Below the pieces are notes generated by a model that had not been told where the DNA came from, did not search any database, and saw nothing but the letters and a program-made list of their open reading frames with translations. DNA of 64,000 nt from Octopus sinensis (taxonomy: Eukaryota): positions 66,960,001 through 67,024,000 of the forward strand of contig NC_043002.1 of NCBI RefSeq assembly GCF_006345805.1, written 5' to 3'. Positions 11,118 through 25,897 of this stretch are shown piece by piece. A program made the position numbers and the translations under genes. Every line of letters begins with the position of its first letter. Position 1 is the stretch's first letter.

Positions 11118-11737
11118 TTTCTTTATTGCCCACAGGGGGCTAAACATATAGGGGACAAACAAGGACATACAAAAGGATTAAGTCGATTACATTGACCCCA
11201 GTGCGTAACTGGTATTTATTTAATCTACCCTGAAAGGATGAAAGGCAAAGTCGACCTCGGCAGAATTTGAACTCAGAATGTAAAGACAGACGAAATACCT
11301 ATTTCTTTACTACCCACAAAGGGCTAAACACAGAGGAGACAAACAAGGACAGACAGACGGATTAAGTCTTAATTTATCGACCCCAAAAGGATGAAAGGCA
11401 AAGTCGACCTCGGCGGAATTTGAACTCAGAACGTAACGACAGACGAAATACCTATTTCTTTATTACCCACAAGGGGCTAAACACAGAGGGGACAAACAAG
11501 GACAGACATAAGTATTAAGTCGATTACATCGACCCCAGTGCGTAACTGGTACTTAATTTATCGACCCCGAAAGGATGAAAGGCAAAGTCGACCTCGGCGG
11601 AATTTGAACTCACAACGTAACGCAGACGAAATACCGCTAAGCATTTCGCCCGGCGTGCTAACGTTTCTGCCAGCTCGCCGCCAAAATAACGCTAAGCATT
11701 TCGCCTGGTGTGCTAACATTTCTGCCAGCTCACTGCC
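11118..11737 (-). mobile_element. SINE family B multimer (head plus tandem internal units, duplicated head fragment)
   Basis: Minus-strand head GGCGAGCTGGCAGAAACGTTAGCACGCCGGGCGAAATGC...GAGTTCAAATTCC. Junction AAAGAAATAGGTATTTCGTC at about 11298 and about 11451. Confidence 0.85.
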
Positions 11738-12384
11738 CTTCTCTCTTATATATATTTACATACATGTATACCTACACAAACACACACACACACACACATA
11801 TGTGCACGCTCATATGCTGAGATTGTCTAATCCAATATACTTCAATACTTCTGATGACAAAGCGTCATCTTGAGCATCAGTTTTATAAACACTATATATT
11901 AATTAATCATAGACTTGATTTAAAGAATAATTAACAAATAACATCAACGTTTATTTGACCCATTTATACTGAACGCCGTCGTCATAAGTAACACCACGAC
12001 GACGGCCATTATCGCCATCATATCCCCATACCTCCCACCCAACAACATCGATGACTATACGAGGTATAGTTGAGAGTACTTAGATTTTTTTTAAACGAAA
12101 CTGTCCAGGAAAAAATGTATTTTCTGAAAACCATCAAACAGTTAAGAAGCATCTCCAATTCAAAATGGCAGCTGTAGCCACCTTCACAACTGATATTAGA
12201 ATTCTCATACAATATATACTGTTGTGATATATAATTACTGAACTGTCGTGTAGTATTACATATTTTTATATGTATTTTAATAGGCACAGATGCGGCTGTA
12301 TGGTAAGAAATTTGCTTCTCAAACACATGCTTCCAGGTTCTGTCCCACTAATTGGCACCTTCGGCAAGTGTCTTGTGAGTTAAT

Positions 12385-12385
12385 T

Positions 12386-12462
<77 letters not shown>

Positions 12463-12671
12463 GAGTGGTGGTGTGTTGTATATATATGAGTGTTGTGTGT
12501 GTGTGTATATATATATGTGTGTGTGTGTGTATATGTGTGGGTATGTGTATAATATATTGTGTGTGTGTGTGTATATATATGTGTGTGTGTGTATATATAT
12601 ATATGTGTGTATATATATATATATGTATATGTGTGTGTGTATATATATATATATATGTATATGTGTGTGTG

Positions 12672-12722
<51 letters not shown>

Positions 12723-13050
12723 GTGTGTGTGTATATATATATATATATGTGTGTGTGTGTATATATATATATATGTGTGTGTGTGTATATATATATATGT
12801 GTGTGTGTGTATATATATATATGTGTGTGTGTATATATATATATGTGTGTGTGTGTATATATGAGTGTATGTGTGTGCATATATGAGTGTGTGTGTATAT
12901 ATATATGTATATATGAGTGTGTGTGTATATATATATATATGAGTGTGTGTGTATATATATGAGTGTGTGTGTATATATATATATATATGAGTGTGTGTGT
13001 ATATAATATATATATATATATGAGTGTGTGTGTGTATATATATATATATG

Positions 13051-13081
<31 letters not shown>

Positions 13082-13110
13082 GAGTGTGTGTGTGTGTATA
13101 TATATATATA

Positions 13111-13157
<47 letters not shown>

Positions 13158-13298
13158 ATATATATATATGTGTGTGTGTATATATATATATATGAGTGTG
13201 TACATATATATGAGTGTGTGTGTATATATATATATGAGTGTGTGTGTGTATATATATATATGAGTGTGTGTATATATATATATGAGTGTGTGTGTGTG

Positions 13299-13331
<33 letters not shown>

Positions 13332-13584
13332 GTATGTATGTATATGTATGTATATGTACATGTATGTATATGTATATATATGTATATGTATGTAAATGTA
13401 TATATATATATATGTAAATGTATATATTATATATGTAAATGTATATATATATATATATATGTAAATGTATATATTATATATATATGTAAATGTATATATT
13501 ATATATATATGTAAATGTATATATTATATATATATGTAAATGTATATATATATATATATGTAAATGTATATATATATGTATATA
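12385..13584. repeat. Long compound (TA)n(GT)n microsatellite ending in an ATGTAAATGTATATATT minisatellite
   Basis: Direct inspection. Confidence 0.95.
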
Positions 13585-14341
13585 CAGTCAACTCTCGCTA
13601 CTATGCCACTTGTAAACTGAAGCGCACGCAACTTTTCGAAATTTTATACTCCTACATTTTGTACATTTCATATTTGTAATCTTGTGGAAAAGTTCAGAAA
13701 GTAGCACACAATGTCAGCTCAGAAACGCAAGCGGACTGAGTTTACGCTGAAGGAAAAGAAGGAGATTATCGATGCTGCGACAAACGTTATTGTCGGGCCC
13801 CTCGTATCATTAGTAATATCTGATACAAGTTACCGCCCCTTGTATTGTCCGACATGTTTCACTCTGGAAGAATTAACAAAGGAGGTAATGCATAACGAAG
13901 AGCCGGTGGAAAGTGAAGACGACGAGGTAATTGTGGAAGAGGAATACGTTTCGTTTGCAGATGCCCAGAGAGCATGGAGCACTATCCGAACGTTTATGCA
14001 GCAACAGAGCAGCGGAAAACCCAGCGTCATGCAGGCGTGTGATAGGCTAGACAACGAAATGAATGAAATCCGCCGAAAGAAGATGTGTCAGCCGACAAGT
14101 TTTGAGAGCTCCGGGATTAACTAAAAGCAATCTGAACTTAATAAACTTGGATGTCTTCTTTTTACCATTGCATTGAACTTCTTATGGGCCTTACTTCCTA
14201 CCCTATCAATTTTTATTCGTATGTTCAGTAAATTTTTGGTTACGTAGTGTTTAGATAACAGATCCTCGTTACTATGCCACTCTTGGTACTATGCCTCTTT
14301 GGCTCAGTCCCGCAGGGTGGCATAGTAGCGAGAGTTGACTG
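13585..14341 (+). mobile_element. Internally deleted pogo/Tigger-like DNA transposon
   Basis: Perfect 25-bp TIRs CAGTCAACTCTCGCTACTATGCCAC, flanked by TA. ORF 13711-14124 begins with a CENP-B/HTH-psq-like MSAQKRKRTEFTLKEKKEII and ends with an acidic Tigger-like C-terminus; no DDE domain. Confidence 0.88.
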
Positions 14342-14355
14342 TATGTATATGTATG

Positions 14356-14388
<33 letters not shown>

Positions 14389-15671
14389 ATATGTATATAT
14401 ATGTATGTATATATGTATATATATATGAATATATATATGTATGTATATATGTATATATATATGAATATATATATGTATGTATATATGTATATATATATGA
14501 ATATATATATATGTATATTTATGTATATATATATATGTATGTATATATGTATATATATATGTATATATATGTTTATATCTATATATATGTATATAAGTAT
14601 ATGTATACATCTATATATATGTATATAAGTATATGTATACATCTATATATATGTATATAGATATATATGTATATAAGCACACACATATATATATGTATGT
14701 ATGTATGTGTGCGCGCGTCCGTGTCTATTCGATGATAACCTAACTCGATGAGACCCATTTTGGACTGATTTCTCTTGTAATGCTCATTGGTGATTGCACA
14801 TCGACACTCTGATGGACATAGGCATGTATACCCTGCGGCTAGGTCTTCAAGTGAGTTTCTTGTGACAAATGATGGTATACACCTTTCACTGGTAAAGTCG
14901 TATGTCTGAATCAGTGTGAAGAAATATGGCAGATAACCGAGAAAAAGAGAAGAGAGGTCTAATATATGTGTTCGGCTGACATAGAGCCACAAAGGAGTCC
15001 GATATAAATATCAATGAATGGACCTATATTTGGGAATATCTCACACATGCTTTAGAGTAGATAAGAATATATTGCAGTATTAAATTTAGATAATGATGTT
15101 GTTGGTTTTCACAGTCAGAAGCTGGTCTCCCCGTCTCTCCACTTGTTCCTTCTCTCCGCCTGTTGCTTCTCCACTTTTTTTATCTATCTCGCGCATGTGT
15201 GCTCATCCTTCCATATTGGACTCTTTTGAAGTTATACACTTGTAATACGTCAATGATACATCAATGTACCATCAACGTTTTACGAATGTGTTTGTGTAGA
15301 TGTTTGTGCATATATATGTGTGTGTGTTTACGTGTGTATAGATCAATAACGTATATCGAATTAGCATCGATTGTGAATGTGTTTATATGCAAATATTTAG
15401 ATCGATTTATATGTGTGTACATACATGTATATATAAATATATTTGCATGTATGTATATATATATATAAGAATATATATGCAATTATATATACATATAATT
15501 TTATACATATGTTTATATATATATATATATATAATTATATATACATAATACACAAACACATACATATACGCGCACGAGCTCGTTTTATACCAGAATTGCA
15601 TTGATATATGCATCTCTCTCTCTCTTTATATATATATATATATATATATATACCTATCTATATGTGTGTGT

Positions 15672-15708
<37 letters not shown>

Positions 15709-16411
15709 ATTAGCATCGATACCCTCACAGACATGTATGTGTGTGTGTGCGTGCGTGTGCTGTGTAGTATACGTACATATTTTGTTAAGTTAGACCAGAT
15801 GTGATGGCTCCGTTAACCTATTGGGTCATATGAACACCAATATTTCTTCATCTAGTTTATCTGGCGAATCCCATTTTTAAATTATATTTCCAAACGAAAA
15901 ACTGGATTTACCATTGCAGTCTGACGAGCCAACTGTTAATTGAGATAGTGCTGAAGCTGATTGGAGCAGCAAGAGGATTGTAGTCTTTCCTACTTAATCT
16001 TAGATAAGAAACCAGGAAGGATTTGAGAGTTCGTTTGGTCAGAGAAGAAAAATTGTTCTGGTGACTGGATATGAACACCAACTGGCTCGTTTCGTCGTTT
16101 GATTCACTGTTGTTCCACAAGCGTGATATTACATATGAAAATCCGATCTTTGAAGACGTGCAACGGAAATGTATCTATTAGAACGTTCGACATGTATGTA
16201 TGTATGTATGTATGTATGTATGTATGTACGTACGTATGCATGTATGTATGTACGTACGTACGTACGTATGTATGTATGTACGTACGTACGTATGTATGTA
16301 TGTACGTACGTAAATATGAGACCAATAAAGTAAGCAGCATTTTTAAGAAAATAGCGGAGTCGATTCCTCCAGCCAAAAACACTTCAAGCTGATACTATAT
16401 ATTCATACATA

Positions 16412-16442
<31 letters not shown>

Positions 16443-16574
16443 TGTGTGTGCGCGCGCGCGCACCTGTTTGAAAATGAGTTTATTATCTTAACGCAAGTTA
16501 AACAATTGTCAAGGGAACATTGACACTTCGTGGGATTATATCCTTAGGCAAATCTTAACGCAACGAAATTTACA

Positions 16575-16638
<64 letters not shown>

Positions 16639-16752
16639 GGTACTACATGAGCACCTGTATCTCTAAAAAAAGAAGTCAAAACACTTTTAAGCCACAGAAG
16701 AATCACTAAACTGATACAAGCCTGATAAATACATACATACATCTATATATAT

Positions 16753-16961
16753 AAATGTAATATGTGATAATTATTCGGTAGTCTTGATAAAACTCCGAGT
16801 TTCGGATGTCGGGGTGGAAATCCACGCCGACATCTCTTCAGTTATCTTTTTTTCTTTCCGATGGCCGGATAACTAAAGAGATGGCGGCGTGGATTTCCAC
16901 CCCGACATCCGAAACTCGGAGCTTTATCATGGCTACCGAATAATTGTCATATATTACATTT
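16753..16961. repeat. Foldback inverted repeat (about 94-bp arms, 21-bp spacer) carrying hammerhead-like motifs
   Basis: Arms are reverse complements with few mismatches. Minus strand 16786-16846 reads GATAA-CTGAAGA-GATGTCGG...CCGACATC-C-GAAAC-TCGGA-GTT-TTATC. Confidence 0.85.
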
Positions 16962-17043
16962 ACAGACAAATTCCTCTATTTACATAATATCAAGGTCTCT
17001 TTCATTCTTTTATTGTCTTACCATTTCTATCAATATATATATA

Positions 17044-17091
<48 letters not shown>

Positions 17092-18019
17092 GCGCGCGCA
17101 AGTATGTTAGAGTGTGTACGATTGAATCAGTGGTTGGAGTACGGCCATACTTGAAGGGATTTTAGTCAGATGAATTGATTGCAGTATTTTTTTGTTAACT
17201 CTGGTACTTATTCTACCGGCCTCTTATGCCGAACCGCTAAGTCACGGAGACGTAAACAAACCAACACTGGTTGTCATGCAGTGGACAACTACCTCCTAAG
17301 ATAATTATCCCTCTTGATTATTTACCCCCCTCTCCAATATATTAAGAAGTTTTAAATCAACAACTGTATCCTCAGGGGCTAATTGTTCTTATTTCCATGG
17401 GAGGTAAATGTCATAGACTCGTGTGTACATGTGTGTGTGTGTGTGTTTGTCTCCCTCTAACGCTTGACATCAAGTGCCGGTGTGCTTACACATTCGTAAC
17501 GTAGCGGATCGGCAAAACAGACCGATATAAGTACCGGGCTAAAAAATTTAATAAAATGAAACTAAAAATAGCAATTAGTGGAGTCGATTCATTAGACAAA
17601 AAAATTCTTCAAGGTGGTGCCCCAGCATGGCCACAGTCTATTGACTGAAAACGAGTAAAAGATAAAGGCAGACACGTTAGATCGTTGAGTGAATTCCTTG
17701 CGGCTCTTCACGTTCTGAGTTCATATCCTGCCGAGGTCAACTGAACTATTATACTTTCGGTGGGGGTGGGGGGCGATGAAGTAAAATTATAATAAATTAC
17801 TAGGATCGATATAATCGATTATCCCCGCTCCTATCAAAATCGTTGGCCTTGTGTTTAATCTAGAAATGACTGGCAGAATCAGCAGAGCATCATACGAAAT
17901 CCTTAATGCATTTCTACCTTTTTTACTTTCATCCATTGGACGTTGATAAAGTGATGTACCGGCAAAATACTGTAATTGATGTAATCCATAAACCCCGCTT
18001 CTTCAAAACTTTCTGGTCT

Positions 18020-18800
18020 TACTCTTTTACTTGTTTCAGTCATTTGACTGTGGCCATGCTGGAGCACTACCGTTTTTTTCTTTAGTCAAGCAAATCGACC
18101 CCAGGACTTATTCTTTGTAAACCTAGTACTTATTCTATGTCTCTTTTAGCCGGAATGCTAAGTTACGGGGACGTAAACACACCAGCATCGGTCACCAAGC
18201 GATGTTGAGGTGGGGGGGGGGACACAAACACAGACACACAACCATATACACACATACTTATATATATACATATATATACGACGGGATTCTTTCAGTTTCC
18301 ATGTGGTTGGCAAGCAAGCTACTTACCACACAGCCACTCCTACGTCTTGTTAATATTTTAGAAACAGTTAATATTTTATATATTCATTCTTTTTAATTAC
18401 TTTAGTCATTGAACTGTGGCCATGCTGGGGCACAACCTTGGAAGGTTCTAGTTGAATAAGTCGGCCGCGGAATAATTTTTCCTTTTTTTTTTTGTTATCT
18501 CTGGAAATTACTCTATCGGCTGTGATGCCGAACTGCTAGGTTACGGAGACGTAAGCAAACACACACCGGTTGTCAAGCGATGTGGCGTGAAACACAGACG
18601 CAAAGACACACATATACACGACGGGCTTCTACTCAGTTTCCCTGTCCTTATGCACTTACACGGCATTTGTTGGGTCAGGTCTATATTACAAGATCTCTTC
18701 CTTCGGCGCTGCGCACTTGAACTGAACTCGACGTCACGTGGTTGCAAAGCCAGTTCCTTAACCACACAGCCATACCTGCGTCTGTATATTAACGACTTTA
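18020..18800 (-). mobile_element. Two adjacent family A SINE copies
   Basis: Family A tail and head sequences at about 18020-18345 (internally deleted) and about 18400-18800 (diverged). Confidence 0.75.
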
Positions 18801-19303
18801 ATTAAATAATATGATTGTTCATGCTATTAATTGCAGTAAATGAAGTGAAGTGTAATGAATTTGTTAATTAGCAATTGAAACCACATCGCATACGCTCGGT
18901 TGTGATGGCGGCTTCTTTGGGACGGTGCTTGCTGGTTGCCAGTTGTAAATAATAGTGAATGCCGACAGCTACGATTTTATCTTAGTCCTTCTCCAGTTCT
19001 CAATATTTTAGTACGCACGCACGCAAAACACACACACACACACACTCACTCGTACATAAAACGCGCGCTCGGATGCACTCACAGACATAAGCACAACAAA
19101 TGTGTACAAACGCACACGCAAAGAGACGTAAACACACACACACATTCATTCCCAAAAGGCACGCACGCATGCACACACACACACACACACACACACGCAT
19201 GCACACACAACATAGCACAGAGTCGCCACACACATACATACACATACCGGCACTTTACTCCCTGCTCTTACGCCGTCCTATACTGTTCTATACTCCTCAG
19301 CAT

Positions 19304-19334
<31 letters not shown>

Positions 19335-19702
19335 TAGACATAAATAAAGAGGAGGAGGGAGACATAGAGGAAGACAGAGATGTATGGAGAAGGAGAGAGG
19401 ACGTTGGAAGTGCCTATCTAAAAGAGAGAGTGAAAGAGATAAAGAGAGAGAAGTAAATGAAGTAAGGAGGAGTAAGAGAAACAAGGATATATGTATTAGC
19501 ATTAATATCCATATTTATGTATTAATATCTCCTCCCGCTTTCACTTGTTTCTTTCCTTTCCCACTCTATTTTCTCCCTTCTCTCTAAGTTTCATGAAAAA
19601 TATTATAGTTTCTTCCCCCCTCTCTCTCTCACTCACATATTCTCTCCGTCTCATACTTATATACATACATACACACATGCACAAATATGTGTGTAACGTG
19701 TG

Positions 19703-20057
19703 CAGGTGCAATGGCCCAGTGGTTAGGGCTGCGGACTCGCTGTCGTAGGATGGCGGTTTCGATTCCCAGACTTGGAGTTGTGAGTGTTTATTGAGAGAAA
19801 ACACCTAGAGATCCAAGAGGCTCCGGCAGGGGGTGATGGCGAAACCTGCTATCTCTCACCCTTTTCTTGTTTCTGTTGTACCTGTATTTCAAAGGGCCAG
19901 CCTTGTCACACTCCGTGTCACGCTGAATCTACCTGTGGACTACGTTAAGAGTACACGTGTCTGTGGAGTGCTCAGCCACTTGCACGTAAATTTCACGAGC
20001 AAGCTGTTCCGTTGGTCGTATTAACTGGAACCGGCGTCGTCGTAACGACGGAGTGCC
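19703..20057 (+). mobile_element. SINE family C head with 3' tail type ii
   Basis: CAATGGCCCAGTGGTTAGGG head; tail ends GTCGTCGTAACGACGGAGTGCC. Confidence 0.85.
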
Positions 20058-20064
20058 TGTATAA

Positions 20065-20133
<69 letters not shown>

Positions 20134-20232
20134 AGCGGGGTGGCGTCATTTGAAAGCTAAAACAATGCGAAGCGCATTGTGACCAGCGATGTGTAGCAAC
20201 ACCTGATAGCCTGGTCGGTCACATGATCACGT

Positions 20233-20234
<2 letters not shown>

Positions 20235-20265
<31 letters not shown>

Positions 20266-20273
20266 GTATCATG

Positions 20274-20305
<32 letters not shown>

Positions 20306-21260
20306 GTATCATGTATATATATATATATATATGTATATATATAGTATCATGTATATATATATATATATGAATATATATAATGTATTATATAATATATAGT
20401 TTCATGTATATATATATATAATGTGTTATATATATATATAGTTTCATGTATATATATATATGTATTATATATATATAGTTTCATGTATATATATATAATG
20501 TATTATATATATATATAGTTTCATGTATATATATATATATAATGTATTATATATATATATAGTTTCATGTATATATATATATAGTTTCATGTATATATAT
20601 ATATAATGTATTATATATATATATATAATGTATTATATATATATATAGTTTCATGTATATATATATATATATAATGTATTATATATATATATAGTTTCAT
20701 GTATATATATATATATAATGTATTATATATATATATAGTTTCATGTATATATATATAATGTATTATATATATATATAGTATCATGTATATATATATAATG
20801 TATTATATATATATAGTATCATGTATATATATATAATGTATTATATATCTATATACATATATATAATCTTATGTATACATATAATGTATTATATACATAC
20901 ATGCATATTATATACATATATAACACGTATATATATAAAATAGTATGTATATATATATAATGCATTATATATATGTATAACGTATATATAACGTATTATT
21001 TATATATATATATATAATGTATTACATTATATATAATGTATTATATATAAATAATATATATAGATATACATATAAATATATATATATAGTATATTATATT
21101 ATATAAATGTGTAGTATTTTTATATTATATACATATAATATTATATATTATATCATATATAAATATATAGTATCATATATATATAATATATTATATAACA
21201 TGTAATATATATATATAATAAATAATATATATAATATATATTTATGTGTGTGTGTATGTA
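20235..21260. repeat. TA-rich minisatellite (ATAG(T/A)(T/A)TCATGTATATATA...ATGTATT units)
   Basis: Recurrent GTTTCATGT/GTATCATGT cores in a (TA)n matrix. Confidence 0.9.
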
Positions 21261-21899
21261 TTTACGTATGTAAAATGACGTATAGGCTCAAAAAGTTCGT
21301 ACGTAATGAAACTAACCTGTTGCTGTAGTTAAATTCCTTGCTATACGTCTCCATTCTGTGTTGTATGATGTCTACGATGCATACGGTACATTTCCCGTTC
21401 GACAGTAAATCTAATAATAGTCTCCTATGATATGCTACGGCAATATTAATTAGACAGCCTCCCCCATCCATTATTACGCGTCAGCCATAACTTCCCGTTC
21501 ATTAACAAATTAACTTCTCTCACGCTGTCTATGTACATACATACATATATACATCACTACATTGCGCTCTATTATCAAACACCGGCACTCGGGTTGAAGA
21601 AGCGAAGCTGAGTCAGGGTCACTCACCAACCAACAATCGGTGGCCTTTTTTAATTAGCGTGGACAAATGAATTGTAGTCGACGACGCCCTCCAATCTACA
21701 TGACTTAATAAAGCACACAGTCATAGTTATAGGATGACAGAATGCTTCGTGGGATTCAAGGTAGAATTATGATGTAGTGTGAGAAGGAGGAGGGGGTTGG
21801 TTCCTTCCTTCCTTCCTTATCAGTGTGTATGTGTCTGTTGTATGTGCGTGTTTATGTACGTGCGGGCGCGTGTATTTATGTGTGGTATGTCTGTTTGCG

Positions 21900-22925
21900 C
21901 GCACACACACACAAGCATGCATTCATATATGTATGTGCATATACATGTGTGTGTGCGTATGTGCATATATGTGTGTGCGTATGTGCATGTATGTATGTAT
22001 GTGTATATATATATATATATGTATGTATATATATATGTATGTATATATGTATGTATATATATATATGTATGTATATATATATATGTATGTATATATGTAT
22101 GTATATATGTATGTATATATATATATGTATATATATGTATGTATATATATGTATATGTATATATATGTATATGTATATATATGTATGTATATATATATGT
22201 ATATATATATGTATATATGTATGTATATGTATGTATATATGTATGTATATATATATGTATATATATATGTATATATGTATGTATATATGTATGTATATAT
22301 GTATGTATATATGTATGTATATATGTATGTATATATGTATGTATATATATATATATGTATGTATATATGTATATATATATGTATGTATATATATATAAAT
22401 ATGTATGTATATATATATAAATATGTATGTATATATGTATATATATGTATATATATATATATATATAAATATGTATGTATATATGTATGTGTATGTATAT
22501 ATGTATGTGTATGTATATATGTATGTGTATGTATATATGTATGTATATGTGTATGTATATATATATGTATGTATGTATATATATATGTATATGTATATAT
22601 ATATATATGTATATATATATATGTATGTATATGTATATATATATGTATGTATATGTATATATATATGTATGTATGTATGTATATATATATGTATGTATGT
22701 ATGTATATATATATGTATGTATGTATGTATATATATATGTATGTATGTATGTATATATATAGATATGTATGTATGTATGTATGTATATATATATATATGT
22801 ATGTATATATAATGTATGTATATATATATGATGTATATATATATGTATGTATATATATATATGTATATATATATATATGTATATATATATATGTATATAT
22901 ATATATATGTATATATATATGTATG

Positions 22926-22965
<40 letters not shown>

Positions 22966-23227
22966 TGTATGTATATATATATGTATGTATATATATATGT
23001 ATATATATATATGTATGTATATATATATATGTATGTATATATATGTATATATATATATGTATGTATATATATATATGTATGTATATATATATGTATGTAT
23101 ATATATATATGTATGTATATATATATATGTATGTATATATATATATGTATGTGTATATATATGTATGTATATATATATGTATGTATATATTTATATATAT
23201 GTATATATTTATATATACATATATATA
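21900..23227. repeat. Compound (TA)n/(TATG)n microsatellite
   Basis: Direct inspection; abuts the LINE 5' truncation point. Confidence 0.95.
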
Positions 23228-25016
23228 TGGTTCTACTGTTGGCCCTCTGATTGATGAAAATGGTACTCTTCAAGACAATGCCAAAACCATGGGAGAAATA
23301 TTGCAGAAACAATATTGCTCTGTTTTCAGCAATCCTGATATGACTGATCTGGGCTGTATCAGTGATGTTACTCCCCAATACACTTTATCGGACATAACAT
23401 TTGGCGCTCCTGATGTCTTAGCAGCAATAAAGGAAATGAAGCATAATTCAGCAGTAGGTCCCGATAGGTTCCCTGCTTGTGTCTTGAAGATGTGTCAAAA
23501 CCAACTTGCACCCCCTCTAGCCAATCTGTGGCGGAACTCACTGGATGCTGGATATATACCAGAAGACCTTCTATCCCAGTCTGTTGTCCCAGTTTTCAAA
23601 AAAGGAAACAAATCGCTTGCCGTGAATTACCGTCCAATCTCACTCACCTCTCATATCATCAAGGTATTTGAGAGGGTGCTGAGATCGCGTATGACTCACT
23701 TCCTTGAGAGTCATAATATGCTGAACCCCAACCAGCATGGATTCCGTAATGGGAGAGATTACCTGACGCAGCTACTGCATCATTTTGATGACATTTTGAG
23801 AGCCTTGGGAGAGGGTTGATCATAAGATCCTTCTGAGAAAGCTGTCCAATATTGGTGTCACTGGAAAGCTGCTGCAATGGATCAAGTGCTTCCTCTCTAA
23901 CAGAACCCAACATGTTGTAGTCGAAGGAGTCAAATCCAGCCCAGCCAAAGTCAGCAGTGGTGTACCACAAGGCACTGTGTTGGGCCCACTTCTCTTCATC
24001 ATCTACATAAATGATATTACTGACACCATCAAACACAGCAACATCAGAACCTTCGCTGATGATTCCAAGCTCCAGAAGGTCATCGATGGCGTGGATGACC
24101 GAATAAACCTTCAGTCAGACCTACTGGCTGTTGTCCAATGGGCGGAAAAGAATAACATGTTGCTAAATGAAGACAAATTCGAACTGATCCACTTTGGAAG
24201 GGAGGACGCTCTGAAACTCCCATACTCTCTTCCTTCTGGAGAAATTCTCATGGCATCCAACAACATCAGAGACCTGGAGTAACAGTGGACAACAACATAA
24301 GCTGGGCTACACATATAAGCAGCAAAGTTGACATGGCCCGCAGAATGTGTTCCTGGATTCTCAGAACCTTCCAGTCGAGAGATTCCCATGCTATTATCCT
24401 TCTCTTCTCCACTTTTGCCCGACCCCACCTTGAATACTGCTGTCCACTGTGGTCTCCCTACACAAAACAAAATATTATGAGAATTGAAGCTCCCCAAAGG
24501 TCAATCACAAAAAAGATAGATGGCATGTCAGACCTTGACTACTGGGGTAGACTAGAGAAGCTGAAATTGTATTCACTCCAACGACGCCGTTAACGCTACA
24601 TTATCTGTATGATGTGGAAAATATTCCATCAGCACTGTCCGAATGATGTTGGCATCACCTTCAAAATGCATCCAAGGCTTGGACCACGTGCCATCCGTCC
24701 ACAACAAAAATCTAAATCGTATCACATAACGACAATACGGCACAACTATTTCACCTCAATTGGACCCGCTCTCTTCAACATTACACCAGGACACGTCAAA
24801 AAAGAAACTGACCACACAAAATTCAAGAAGTCTTTGGACAAATTCCTTCAAACAGTACCGGACAAACCACCCACACCCGGATATGTCTCCGCAAACAATA
24901 ACTCTCTGCTCGAATGGGCCTTGGTGCCCAAATCCTGAACTGAAAGACTTCGCCAGGTGGTGCTATTAAGTTAGACATGGCCTGGGCCAATACTGGCCAA
25001 AAACCTTTCTAAGTTA
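23228..25016 (+). mobile_element. 5'-truncated, inactivated CR1-like non-LTR retrotransposon (RT region plus 3' end)
   Basis: [55 protein letters not shown] and LYSLQRRR motifs. Frameshifting deletion at about 23815, 1-nt frameshift at about 24277, TAA at 24591. Flanked by microsatellite on both sides. Confidence 0.93.
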
Positions 25017-25047
25017 TATGTATGTATATATTTATATATATGTATGT

Positions 25048-25078
<31 letters not shown>

Positions 25079-25239
25079 TGTATATATATGTATATGTATG
25101 TATATATATGCATATGTATGTATATATATGTATATGTATGTATATATATGTATATGTATGTATATATATATGCATATGTATGTATATATCTATGTAGGTG
25201 TATATATATATGCATATGTATGTATATATCTATGTAGGT

Positions 25240-25273
<34 letters not shown>

Positions 25274-25405
25274 GTAAATGTATGTATATATATGTATGTA
25301 TATGTATGCATATCTTGTTTATTTTCGTAAACCTTCCCGTTATATATAGGTATATACGTGTATATATATATATATCTATGTATAAATATATGTATATATA
25401 TATAT

Positions 25406-25897
25406 ATGGCCCAGTGGTTAGGGCAGCGGACTCGCGGTTTCGATTCCCAGACCGGGCGTTGTGAGTGTTTATTGAGCGAAAACACCTAAAGCTCCACGCG
25501 GCTCTGACAGGGGGTGGTGGCGATCCCTGCTGTACTTTTTCGCCACAACTTTCTCTCACTCTTTCTTCTGTTGGCCTGCTCGCTTAGCCAGCGGGGTGGC
25601 GTCATTTGAAGGCTAAACAATGCGAAGCGCAATGTCACCAGCGATGTGTAGCAACATCTGAAAACCTGTTTCTTTACTACCCTTAAGGGGTTAAACACAG
25701 AGAGGACAAACAAGGACAGACAAAAGGATTAAGTCGATTACATCGACCCCCGTGCGTAACTGGTACTTAATTTATCGACCCCGAAAGGATGAAAGGCAAA
25801 ATCGACCTCGGCGGAATTTGAAATCAGAACGTAGCGGCAGACGAAATACCGCAAAGCATTTCGCCCGGCGTGCTAGCGTTTCTGTCAGCTCGCTGCC
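25406..25897. mobile_element. Tail-to-tail junction of family C SINE (+, 25406-25661) and family B SINE (-, 25665-25897)
   Basis: Each half matches its family consensus in the window; both 3' ends are truncated at the junction. Confidence 0.8.

Noticed and set aside
11851-11870. Other CTGANGA hits (11851, 15922, 24057, 31742, 32165, 53978)
   Set aside because: No stem II followed by GAAA and closing stem I in the right arrangement.
21825-23819. 664-aa ORF as a microsatellite-RT fusion protein
   Set aside because: The first about 468 codons are TA/TG repeat running by chance into a truncated, frameshifted CR1 RT.
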